Shown in pieces: positions 27,965 to 37,017 of a DNA stretch of 64,000 bases; within the stretch, counting starts at the first letter, position 1; each line of letters begins with the position of its first letter. A program made the translations under genes and the position numbers. Below the pieces are notes generated by a model. The model had not been told where the DNA came from, ran no database searches, and worked only from the letters and a program-made list of their open reading frames with translations. The stretch is from sequence record PP496441.1; one strand, 5' to 3'.

Positions 27965-29128
27965 ATGAGCACTCCATTCCAAGAGTTCACCCTAGAAGGG
28001 TGGATTCGCTACATGAGAGATGAAAGCATCATCTGGCGCGCGTACGCTGATGGTCATCCGGATAAGGTCGAGTTCAGCCCGGAGTGGCGTGACGAGATGT
28101 ATCGGTTGATGGTGCAGTTCAAAGATCTGCTGCCGATGTCGTTTTCCAATCCGGTGTACGGCTTCACTGAAGGTTGGCTGGAAGGGCTCGGACTCCAGCC
28201 CTTTTATGGCGATGATCCGTTCAATCCGATGGTGCAACCGCTTAGCCACCCTCTGGTGCATGTGGGGCTTCCGTTTACTCTGAGCGAGCTGACGGCGGGC
28301 GTATGGGACTGTCAGTCCCTGAGCGCTCACCTGGAGCGTCCGCTGCTGGTCGATACATTCGAACCGATCCCAGTGCCATCTATTAGCCTGGACGCTTACA
28401 AAGCCGTCCTGACCGTACGGGACCGGGAAGAGATCGTGATGAGTGCGGGAACCCCGGTGAACTACTTCCTCTGGTTGAATAGTCCGATCACCGAACTCAA
28501 AGACGACTTCGACGTTTATCTGGCCAGCCTGACCAAGAAGCGCCGCTACAAAGTGAAGCAGGCACTGGCGACAGTGGGCACCGAAGAGAACCCGGCTATC
28601 AGCGTCAGTACTGGATCTCGTTTCGGCGAAGGGTTGTTGTCCGATCAGGTGAACAGCATCCTCGCGACTTTCGAAGATCCGGTGGACATAGAGTGCATGC
28701 TTCTTCAGCTGCTGTTCGGGGTGGCAACCTGCAATACCCATCCGCATCTTGTCGATCTGGTTTGTGCAGACCAGCAGTTGGGGATCTTCATCAAGCGCAA
28801 CGGCCACACGATGAATTTCCTCTACAACCGTGACCCGGACAACCGCGCTGACTCAGGCATCAACCTGCTGACCCAGTACGTGCGCCATCTGCACATGAAC
28901 CGCCCGGAAGGTGTGATGTACGTGGACCCGACATGTCGATATCGGCCTGACGAGGACAGTATGAACACCTACAAGCGGGTGATCACCAACGAGAACCGGT
29001 ATCACCCAATGCCGTTCGTCTCGGCTGATCCTGCGCACATCGAAGGTGTTATTACCCCGGCGTTCATTGCAGGTCATTGGCAGATGTCGGCGTCCAATGG
29101 CCCGGCCAATCCTGAGATGATGGAGTAA
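27965..29128 (+). CDS. Fem/Acetyltransf_6-like GNAT-fold transferase 4
   Basis: DDFDVYLASLTKKRRYKVKQA signature; RDPDNRADSGINLL...YVD...YKRV. Confidence 0.65.
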   Translation: MSTPFQEFTLEGWIRYMRDESIIWRAYADGHPDKVEFSPEWRDEMYRLMVQFKDLLPMSFSNPVYGFTEGWLEGLGLQPFYGDDPFNPMVQPLSHPLVHVGLPFTLSELTAGVWDCQSLSAHLERPLLVDTFEPIPVPSISLDAYKAVLTVRDREEIVMSAGTPVNYFLWLNSPITELKDDFDVYLASLTKKRRYKVKQALATVGTEENPAISVSTGSRFGEGLLSDQVNSILATFEDPVDIECMLLQLLFGVATCNTHPHLVDLVCADQQLGIFIKRNGHTMNFLYNRDPDNRADSGINLLTQYVRHLHMNRPEGVMYVDPTCRYRPDEDSMNTYKRVITNENRYHPMPFVSADPAHIEGVITPAFIAGHWQMSASNGPANPEMME

Positions 29129-29130
29129 CC

Positions 29131-30078
29131 ATGGCAAAGCACAAGGTCAAAAGGTTGGAAATCAACCACATCTACGACTTCTACCCGTTGTATCAGGTGA
29201 TGTACGGGCGTGGCATGGAGACCAAAGCGTTCGAGGTCTCCAAGTTCGCCAAGATGGTGCTGGACTTCGAAGCATCAACCAGTACTCGCCGGAAGTGGGA
29301 CGTGCTGGAACCTTTCAGCGGTATCAGCGAGCATGAACACTTCTTCGCTGCTACTGGCCTGAACATCGAGCACTACACCGGCATGGACATCGTGGTTCCA
29401 GATGGGGCCAAAAACGTCATTCAAGGTGACATCATCACCGACACCCTTCCGTTTCACGTCAACGCGGTGTTCGCCTTCTACTACAGCTTGCAGAATGTAC
29501 GGGACGCCAAGACTGGCATGCACACGCGGGAAAAGCTGGTGGAGTTCTTCGACAACATCCTCGGCCATCTGCAAGTCAATGCGAACAAGAGCCGTATGCC
29601 CGCAGTGTTCGCTTTCCACCTTGACCAGCCTGAAGACCCTAATTACTATCTGACGTCCCGTGCCGACGTTGGAGGTGAACAGTCATGGACCGCACCCGCG
29701 TGTGGTCTGCTGGGGCAGTGGGTCAAGTGCAAACCGACCGACACTCTGGAAGTGAAGTGCAATCTGGACACCTGGTACAACCGTGTGCAGTGCACCGCGT
29801 ACGATCAGGCGGAGGATATCCAGATTCTGGTAAATGGGCGAGTAGTGGCGACCGTTGAGATCGAACAGCCGTTCACCCATCGGGTCTGGACCGAGCATGA
29901 GGTGATCGACATCCTGCGGGGTCTGGACTACAATCTGCACTTCCACATGTACAACGGCACCATCTCCAATTACGACTTCTTGATGACCCGTTTGGAAGAC
30001 AAGCCCGTTCCCGGCGATGAAGAGGCTAATACTAATCAGATGACAACTGATATGCTGGTTGTCGTTAATCCGAGGTAA
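29131..30078 (+). CDS. class I SAM-dependent methyltransferase 1
   Basis: VLEPFSG (I), YTGMDI (II), VIQGDI (III), AFYYSLQ; paralog of the next gene. Confidence 0.7.
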   Translation: MAKHKVKRLEINHIYDFYPLYQVMYGRGMETKAFEVSKFAKMVLDFEASTSTRRKWDVLEPFSGISEHEHFFAATGLNIEHYTGMDIVVPDGAKNVIQGDIITDTLPFHVNAVFAFYYSLQNVRDAKTGMHTREKLVEFFDNILGHLQVNANKSRMPAVFAFHLDQPEDPNYYLTSRADVGGEQSWTAPACGLLGQWVKCKPTDTLEVKCNLDTWYNRVQCTAYDQAEDIQILVNGRVVATVEIEQPFTHRVWTEHEVIDILRGLDYNLHFHMYNGTISNYDFLMTRLEDKPVPGDEEANTNQMTTDMLVVVNPR

Positions 30079-30080
30079 GA

Positions 30081-30998
30081 ATGGCTAAGCCCAAGATCCC
30101 TACACGAACCATCCCCACGTTGTACCAAGACTGGGGGTTGTACAGCGCCATCTGCGAACTGCCGCAGGAGACGATGCTGATGATGTCGCGCTTCGTGGCA
30201 GACCGGACCATCGAACATGCCGAGCGCCATGACCTGGAAAGTGTGGCGATCATGGAGCCCTTTAGCGGGCCGATCCCGTATTACGAGCCAGACATCCGAA
30301 GCTTCCTGACTCGCGCCCGTGTTGACCTGGATACGTACGATCATGTCGAGTACCTTGATCACGGTGGATTGTCGGAAGACAACAATATCATCATCGGTGA
30401 CATCACCACCATCGACCTGAAACAGAAATACGACGTCATCTACGGCAGTTACGGCAGCTTGGCCTGCCTGCTGCTGGATCACACGCACAACAAAGCGTAT
30501 GAGAAGTCACACGCAGCTCTGGTCAACATTCGCGAGCACCTGAAACCCAACGGCATCTTCGTCCTGAACGCCAACGGATCCAGCGAAAGCCTGCTGAATA
30601 ACCTGTTGAACTCCGATGAGCCGGATCAAGAGATTCGCGTCCGTCCGGGATCGCAGTTGGGCAAGGCGTTCCGAATCAAACCAGACAGTAACGCGCTGCT
30701 TCGTTTCTCCTACAACGTGGAGTACGACCGACGCACCACCTGCACCATGTGCCATTACAGCGATATGGTGCTGTCTGTAAATGGGGTTGACATCCAGCGC
30801 TGGGAGGTGGAATCCCCGACGTATCTTGCGCCGCTGGATGAACCCGAACTAATTCGAATGGCAGGTATGGCTGGTTTCAATCTGGACAACACCGAGTTCT
30901 ACGGATTGGACACCACCGGTTATCCTGCCTTCTTCAAAATGGATACGGTCTGCGACGGGTCATGGTCACCCGCCGAGTTCGTAGTCTTTCGCACCTAA
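30081..30998 (+). CDS. class I SAM-dependent methyltransferase 2
   Basis: IMEPFSG, IIGDITTIDLKQKYDVI, LVNIREHLKPNGIFVL. Confidence 0.85.
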   Translation: MAKPKIPTRTIPTLYQDWGLYSAICELPQETMLMMSRFVADRTIEHAERHDLESVAIMEPFSGPIPYYEPDIRSFLTRARVDLDTYDHVEYLDHGGLSEDNNIIIGDITTIDLKQKYDVIYGSYGSLACLLLDHTHNKAYEKSHAALVNIREHLKPNGIFVLNANGSSESLLNNLLNSDEPDQEIRVRPGSQLGKAFRIKPDSNALLRFSYNVEYDRRTTCTMCHYSDMVLSVNGVDIQRWEVESPTYLAPLDEPELIRMAGMAGFNLDNTEFYGLDTTGYPAFFKMDTVCDGSWSPAEFVVFRT

Positions 30999-31008
30999 CG
31001 AGGTTCCT

Positions 31009-32244
31009 ATGAGCGTTATCATCCCCACCGTAGCGATGGAGAGTGGTCAGCCAGACATGATCATTCAAGGCTGTTCCACGGGTCGCCTCTCTATGGCCGA
31101 GCCTAACGAGAGCGCCAAACCCAAGTCTTCCAAGAAGCTGTACGAACGTGAAGACCTGATGGCGTACGACAGCGAGTCGGAGCACTGGCAGAAGCAGTTG
31201 GCCCGCCGCTACGCGCATCACGGTGAGATGGTCGGCGTGTTGAACAACGTCGAGGTGGTGCCGGAAGCCACCTATCAGAACTTCGACATGAAGATCACCC
31301 CGTACACCGCGCAGTTGATGGACCAGAACGACCCCAACTGCCCGATCCGTTTGCAGTACATGCCGACCAACAAAGAGCTGGAGTCTATTCAGCGCGAAGA
31401 GACCATGCACAACGAGCTGGGCGAGGAAGAGGACACCATCCCCGGTACCTCGGTCGTGCACCGCTACCCGCGTCGCGTCTTGTTCCTGACCACTACCCAA
31501 TGCGCCAGCTTCTGCCGTTACTGCACCCGTGCACGCATCGTCTCCCACGGCGGCGAAGCGGCGATCACCAAGAAGCACCTTGACGCCAGCATCGACTACA
31601 TCGCCGGGAACAAGGACATCGAAGACGTGCTGCTGTCCGGCGGTGACCCGTTCATCCTCCCAGACAACAAGCTCGACGAGATCCTCGGTCGTATCCGCGC
31701 CGAAGCACCTCACGTTCGCTTCCTGCGTATCGGTAGCCGACTGCCGGTACAGATGCCGACCCGTATCACTCCAGAGCTGTGCGAGATTCTGGAACGCCAC
31801 AACGTCAACATGGTCAACATCCATGTGAACCATCCGAAAGAAGTAACCCCTCTGCTGGCCTCCCGGATGAAGATGTTGCGCAAAGCTGGCGTGATGATCG
31901 GCAATCAGGCCGTCATGCTGAAAGGCGTGAACGACTCCATCGAGGTGATGACCGAGCTGTGCTTGCGTATGGTCGAGATGGGCGTGCGTCCGTACTATGT
32001 CTACTCCAACGATCCGGTGGCGCAGGCTGCGCACTTCACCGTGTCGCTGAAAGAGATGCTGAACATCAACGAGGGTATGCGCGGCTTCCTGTCTGGCCCG
32101 GCTATGCCAACCTTCGTGGTAGACGGTGTGGGTGGCTTGGGCAAGATGCCGGTGCAGAAAGAGTACGTCAGCTTCGATAAGAACGGCGGTATCTTCGCCC
32201 AGAACTTCGAAGGGAAAACGGCCCGCATGCCCCATCTGGAATAA
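31009..32244 (+). CDS. kamA: lysine 2,3-aminomutase (KamA/EpmB family radical SAM, PLP)
   Basis: HRYPRRVL, CASFCRYCTR (CxxxCxxC), LLSGGDP, LRIGSRLPV, HVNHPKE, NQAVMLKGVND, PTFVVDGVGGLGK (PLP lysine). Confidence 0.93.
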   Translation: MSVIIPTVAMESGQPDMIIQGCSTGRLSMAEPNESAKPKSSKKLYEREDLMAYDSESEHWQKQLARRYAHHGEMVGVLNNVEVVPEATYQNFDMKITPYTAQLMDQNDPNCPIRLQYMPTNKELESIQREETMHNELGEEEDTIPGTSVVHRYPRRVLFLTTTQCASFCRYCTRARIVSHGGEAAITKKHLDASIDYIAGNKDIEDVLLSGGDPFILPDNKLDEILGRIRAEAPHVRFLRIGSRLPVQMPTRITPELCEILERHNVNMVNIHVNHPKEVTPLLASRMKMLRKAGVMIGNQAVMLKGVNDSIEVMTELCLRMVEMGVRPYYVYSNDPVAQAAHFTVSLKEMLNINEGMRGFLSGPAMPTFVVDGVGGLGKMPVQKEYVSFDKNGGIFAQNFEGKTARMPHLE

Positions 32245-32394
32245 GCGTTCCAGACACTCCCTAGTTCCAGTGTACAAGCTTCAAATGCCCCATTTGCGCT
32301 AGGTCCTGTAAATGGGGTTGCTTATCCGCGTTGCAATGTGTTACGCTGGATTGGACCCATATTATTCCGATAACCGAACCACCGAGGTATCACC

Positions 32395-32826
32395 ATGAGC
32401 TTCTCCGTAACCGTAGCTGCACAGACCATCGCTGCCCCCGAGTCGCTGGGTAGCCCGAAAGGCATCAGCGTCCTCGAAGCCAACGAAGGCTTTGCTGTCA
32501 TCGAATTCCAACGTCCTCGCGCCTCGAAGCGTGACCAGATCGCCGTCCCTCGCGTCCAGATCCTCTCCCTGAGCCACGGCAGCGCCGACGGCGACAGCGG
32601 TTACCTGATCGCTCAAGGCATGGCCGGTGTGGCCGACGAATTCGAAGCCGCAAGCTTCACCATCGAAGGCAACGTTGCCACGTTCGTGACCGCTGAAGGC
32701 GCCACTATCGAAACCGACGCACGTCTTACCCGTATCCTCGCTTACGGCGTGGAAGAGGGCGAAAACAGCCTGCTGGGTAAGCCGGAAAAGAAAGTAAAAC
32801 CGAAAGCAAGCACCAAGAAGAAGTAA
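32395..32826 (+). CDS. hypothetical protein, basic C-terminal tail
   Basis: 143 aa, highly expressed codon style, own motif upstream and terminator downstream. Confidence 0.75.
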   Translation: MSFSVTVAAQTIAAPESLGSPKGISVLEANEGFAVIEFQRPRASKRDQIAVPRVQILSLSHGSADGDSGYLIAQGMAGVADEFEAASFTIEGNVATFVTAEGATIETDARLTRILAYGVEEGENSLLGKPEKKVKPKASTKKK

Positions 32827-32856
32827 TCAACACGGCCCGCGCCGGTTGAACTAAGA

Positions 32857-32888
32857 AAAAGCCCCTTCCGTTCGGTTGGGGCTTTTTC
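32857..32888 (+). terminator. intrinsic terminator
   Basis: AAAAGCCCC..TTCG..GGGGCTTTTT. Confidence 0.8.
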
Positions 32889-32906
32889 GTTATACCGAGG
32901 TGTCCC

Positions 32907-33227
32907 ATGGCTAAAGACAGATTCCTGATCTACTCCAAAAACTGCTTAGGGTGTAAACACCTCGTTGATGGAGCCAAGAAGACCTACACTGCGTGTCACT
33001 ACAGTGAAGGCAACGAACGCTGCCCCGCGCAGTACGTCCAGATTATTACGGGTGTGGATATCCATGCCTTGGCTACTGAGTTGGCAGACGCCATCAGGGC
33101 CAATGATTCCAAGAAGTATGATCGGGTGAATACCAAGATCGGTAAATTGGACACTGTGATTGCCAGCAGCGTGAAGCTGGCCGCAGACAACCTAATAGCA
33201 GGGGCCGGTGATGGCGAAGGTAAATAG
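32907..33227 (+). CDS. hypothetical Cys-containing protein
   Basis: 106 aa, CLGC..C..C, GAGG SD. Confidence 0.7.
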   Translation: MAKDRFLIYSKNCLGCKHLVDGAKKTYTACHYSEGNERCPAQYVQIITGVDIHALATELADAIRANDSKKYDRVNTKIGKLDTVIASSVKLAADNLIAGAGDGEGK

Positions 33228-35181
33228 TAAGCAGGAAGGTTACAGCGCGGATAGCGTTCGGGCGCTGAGCGGTCTGGAAGTAATCCGCAACAACATCTCG
33301 ATGTACATCGGGTCCACTGACTCTGACGCACTGTTCACTCTGGCTCGCGAACCGTTGGATAACGCGGTGGACGAGGCGCTGGCTGGTCGTAACGATGAAG
33401 TGTTCTTCCGTGCACACGGCACATGGAAAGGTTCAGCGTTCACGCCGACCGTCATGCTGATCGCAGACAACGGCACCGGTATTCCGATTGAGAAGCCGAA
33501 GGGTGAGACGCGTTCCGCACTGGAGATCGTGACCAGTCACGTGCACGGCGGCGGCAAGTTCAAAGACGCAGGCGCATACGCTGCATCGATTGGCACGCAC
33601 GGCGTGGGCATCAAGGCAACCAACGCCCTGTCCTCCTCGTTCTCGGCGTACACGTTCCGCAACAAGAAGTGGCACGTGATTCACTACAAGGATTCCAAGC
33701 TGGTCAAGCCGCCAGCGGAAGCCAGCGCGCTAGAACTGAAGTCGCTGTGGGGTGAGCTGGGTGAGACCAGGAAGCGCGGCACCGTAATTCGCTTCTCTCC
33801 AGACTACAGCTTCTTCGACAAGGGCTCGTTCCTGTCCATTGCGGACCTGACCCACTGGTTCGAGCTGCGCGCCTACTTCAACTCAGGCATCAAGTTCCGC
33901 ATGGAGTATTCCCAGTCCAAGAAGGAAGACTTCAAGGTACTGGAGTTCTACCACGATGATGGTCTGAACGACTACATGAAGATGCGCTTGAAGGAACTCA
34001 AGTGTGAGCTGATGACCGACAACCACTTCTCGGTCCACACGCCGCATCTTGACGTGATCCTCGCATTCAGTGACGCCGATGGCTGCAAGGTGGACAGCTA
34101 CACCAACACCATGTACAACTCTGTAGGCGGCAACCACCAGCGCTCCACGTTCAACATGATCTCCGACGCGCTGGCGCCGTACGCAGGCAAGCACGACTTC
34201 CACAAGGACGACATTCGGGAAGGTGTGGTCGGCCTGATCAACTTCAAGATCGACACGCCGAAGTTCGCCAGTCAGACCAAGGAACGTTTGGCTGACCCCC
34301 GCTTTGAGATCCTGTGCACCGAGGAACTGGAGCAAGCACTCGCCAAGTTCTTCAAGAAGAACAAGGAGCTGGCACAGCAACTCTGTGAGCGTGCGGCTCG
34401 ACTGCGTAGTCTCAAGGAGCAGTTCAGCCTGACCAAGAAGGCAGCTGGCGCCCTCAAGAAGATGCGCACTGGTTCCAACCTCCTGCCGGGTAAGCTGACC
34501 GAGGTGAAGGAATGCCCGGTAGCTGAACGTGAACTGTTCACAGTGGAAGGTGACTCCGCTGCAGGTACTGCCAAGTCCGCCCGGATGAAGAGCCCGTATC
34601 GCTATCAGGAGACGTTGGCCCTCAAGGGTAAGATCCTGAACGTGATCAAGGAAGTCCAGAAGGGTAAGGGTGACGCTATCTGGGATTCCGTGGAGGTGCA
34701 GTGCATCTTAGTGTCCATGGGCTACAAGCCGGAATCCAAAGATCCTCTCAAGGACTTGCGCATCGGCAAGTTCATCATCATGGCAGACGCCGACGATGAC
34801 GGTGCCCACATCGCCATGCTGCAGATCGCCCTGATCGCCAAGTTCTTGCCCGCCATGTTCGACATGGGCATGGTGTACATCGCTGACCTGCCGAAGCGCA
34901 TGGTGACAATCAAGGAGAAGGGTCGGGACAAGATGTACTTCGGCAACACGGTCGATGAAATCCAAAAGCAGATCCCTCATATCAAGAACCCACCTATCGT
35001 GTACCTGAAAGGGCTGGGTGAGATGAGTGAAAACGCTTTGCGTGAGACGGCGTTCGACCCGGCCACCCGCAAGCTGATCAAGATCATGCCCGCGTCTGCC
35101 AGTGAACTGCTGGACATCGACCGACTCATGGGCGTAGATACGAGCGAGCGTAAGCGCTTGCTGGGCATCGAGTCGGAATAA
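33211..35181 (+). CDS. gyrB: type IIA DNA topoisomerase subunit B (GyrB/ParE-like)
   Basis: EPLDNAVDE, DNGTGIP, HGGGKF, GTHGVG, VEGDSA, LKGKILNV, MADADDDGAHI, YLKGLGEM. Confidence 0.95.
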   Translation: MAKVNSKQEGYSADSVRALSGLEVIRNNISMYIGSTDSDALFTLAREPLDNAVDEALAGRNDEVFFRAHGTWKGSAFTPTVMLIADNGTGIPIEKPKGETRSALEIVTSHVHGGGKFKDAGAYAASIGTHGVGIKATNALSSSFSAYTFRNKKWHVIHYKDSKLVKPPAEASALELKSLWGELGETRKRGTVIRFSPDYSFFDKGSFLSIADLTHWFELRAYFNSGIKFRMEYSQSKKEDFKVLEFYHDDGLNDYMKMRLKELKCELMTDNHFSVHTPHLDVILAFSDADGCKVDSYTNTMYNSVGGNHQRSTFNMISDALAPYAGKHDFHKDDIREGVVGLINFKIDTPKFASQTKERLADPRFEILCTEELEQALAKFFKKNKELAQQLCERAARLRSLKEQFSLTKKAAGALKKMRTGSNLLPGKLTEVKECPVAERELFTVEGDSAAGTAKSARMKSPYRYQETLALKGKILNVIKEVQKGKGDAIWDSVEVQCILVSMGYKPESKDPLKDLRIGKFIIMADADDDGAHIAMLQIALIAKFLPAMFDMGMVYIADLPKRMVTIKEKGRDKMYFGNTVDEIQKQIPHIKNPPIVYLKGLGEMSENALRETAFDPATRKLIKIMPASASELLDIDRLMGVDTSERKRLLGIESE

Positions 35182-35266
35182 TCCGCCCCATTGCATACCC
35201 CGATCCGTTGCGCCCCGCCTGGAGCGTTATACGCGGTCGGGTAAATGCTGGGTAGTGAGGTGAGTC

Positions 35267-35482
35267 ATGCGCAATACAACGATGAAGTCGGTCAAGTGCA
35301 CGACGTGCAAAGGTGAGGGATTCACGGTGGACACGTCTCGGTCCAAAGGATCGATGGATGAACAGATCAACAAGTGCTACACGTGCAAAGGCGAGAAAGT
35401 AGTAATCGTCAAGATTGTTGATCCGTCCCCGGAAGATCAAGTCAATCCGTACGCTGCCCTATACGAACAGGATAAGAAGTAA
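35267..35482 (+). CDS. DnaJ-type zinc-finger mini protein
   Basis: CTTCKGEG and CYTCKGEK repeats. Confidence 0.65.
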   Translation: MRNTTMKSVKCTTCKGEGFTVDTSRSKGSMDEQINKCYTCKGEKVVIVKIVDPSPEDQVNPYAALYEQDKK

Positions 35483-36990
35483 TGGCGAAGGTAATCAGCA
35501 AGACGAAACTGGCCAAGGCTAAAAGTGGTATCGCGGCAGACCTGAACATCCGGGAAGTACCGCTTCTGGAATGGTCCATTGATGCCTACATCGGCACGTA
35601 CGCCACCATGACGTTGGCAGACCGAGCCATCCCGGATATGTACGATGGTCTGATGCCATCCGAGCGTCGAGCCATCTGGGCTGCTCACGTAGTAGGGGCC
35701 ACCCCGGATAAGAAGTTCATGAAGTCTGCCCGTGTGGTAGGTGACATGATCGGTAAGTTCCACCCGCATGGTGATACCTCAGCGTACGGCACCGTGGTCA
35801 AGAGCGTGAAGCATGTGAGCAATCCGTACTTCCTCGGCCAAGGTAACTGGGGCACGTTCGAAGATCCGAAGGGTTTCGCCGCAATGCGATACACCGAGAC
35901 TAAGTTGTCCAAGTACGCCATGCAGGTGTTGCTGGACAGTGACTATCTCGCGGTCACCGAGATGATCCCCAACTATGACGGATCGCTGGAAGAGCCATTC
36001 ATCCTGCCCGCACTGCTCCCCAACCTGCTGCTCAATGGTTCCTATGGCGTGGCTACCGGGGCCACCACCTACTGTCCGTCGTTCGAAGCGGAAGGCGTAA
36101 TCACGCTGATCCAGAAGCTGCTCAAAGGTCGTAAGCTCAAAGCCCGCGACTGCATGGCTAGCCTGGTGTTCGATAATCCGTACGGCGGCTACGCGGTCAT
36201 TGACGAAGATGACGAAGAGAGTACGGAGGAACTGGTCGCCCTGTTCGAAGGTGGGCAAGGACGGGTCTACTACTCTTGCGATTACGAGTTGCTGGAGGAT
36301 GAGCATGCCGCGTACATCCGAGGCTTCGTCCCCTACCAGTCGATCCTCAAGGGTGTTGAGAAGATCGCGGAGGACGAACGGGTAGCCAGCATCATCGATG
36401 ATTCAGATATCGATGACAACGGGAAAGGGTTCATCGCCTACAAGATCATTTTCAAGCGCAGCGTCAGCAAGATGATGTTGCAGGAAGTGGCGGATGATGT
36501 TCTGAGTGTCTTCGACAAGATGCAGAACTTCAAGATGAACGTCAACGAACGGGCCTGGAACGAGTACGAAGGAAAGGCCGACTGTAAATTCGGGATGATG
36601 GGTGTCATCGGTATCCTCGAGAAGTGGGTGGCATGGCGACTGGCGCTGGAACAGCGCTACCTCGAATACAAGACCGCCAAGCTGGAGCAACGCAACTGGT
36701 CGCTCAACACCCTGCTGCTGGCATGCAATGCGCTGGACATCATTGTAGCCGCCTTGAAGCGTGACGACACCGAAGCGTATCTGGCCAAGACGATGAAGAT
36801 CACGCCAGAACAGGCAGAGTACATCCTTGACCGGCAAGTGCGGTCCCTGAAGAAGCTGAATCAGGATAAGATGAAGGCGGAACTCAAAGCCAATCTGGAC
36901 ACCATCAAGCAGCACAAGGAATGGATCAAGACTCCTGAAGTTCCTGTGGCGGCACAACTCAAAGACTTCGCCAAGCTGTTGGCTGAGTAA
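35482..36990 (+). CDS. gyrA: type IIA DNA topoisomerase subunit A (GyrA/ParC-like, no C-terminal pinwheel)
   Basis: RAIPDMYDGLMP, KSARVVGD, FHPHGD, AAMRYTE catalytic Tyr; 502 aa. Confidence 0.95.
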   Translation: MAKVISKTKLAKAKSGIAADLNIREVPLLEWSIDAYIGTYATMTLADRAIPDMYDGLMPSERRAIWAAHVVGATPDKKFMKSARVVGDMIGKFHPHGDTSAYGTVVKSVKHVSNPYFLGQGNWGTFEDPKGFAAMRYTETKLSKYAMQVLLDSDYLAVTEMIPNYDGSLEEPFILPALLPNLLLNGSYGVATGATTYCPSFEAEGVITLIQKLLKGRKLKARDCMASLVFDNPYGGYAVIDEDDEESTEELVALFEGGQGRVYYSCDYELLEDEHAAYIRGFVPYQSILKGVEKIAEDERVASIIDDSDIDDNGKGFIAYKIIFKRSVSKMMLQEVADDVLSVFDKMQNFKMNVNERAWNEYEGKADCKFGMMGVIGILEKWVAWRLALEQRYLEYKTAKLEQRNWSLNTLLLACNALDIIVAALKRDDTEAYLAKTMKITPEQAEYILDRQVRSLKKLNQDKMKAELKANLDTIKQHKEWIKTPEVPVAAQLKDFAKLLAE

Positions 36991-37017
36991 CCCAATCCGA
37001 AACACGAGGCACATCCC

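Noticed and set aside
25574-27982. 802-aa antisense ORF, and similar long shadow ORFs (804-2120, 2893-3942, 17721-18848, 30934-32277, 36403-37434)
   Set aside because: They lie exactly opposite genes with clear motifs, have no SD or recognisable domains, and are the expected artefact of strong codon bias in GC-rich DNA.
29131-30998. DNA methyltransferases of a restriction-modification type
   Set aside because: No DPPY/NPPY or PC catalytic motifs and no cognate nuclease.
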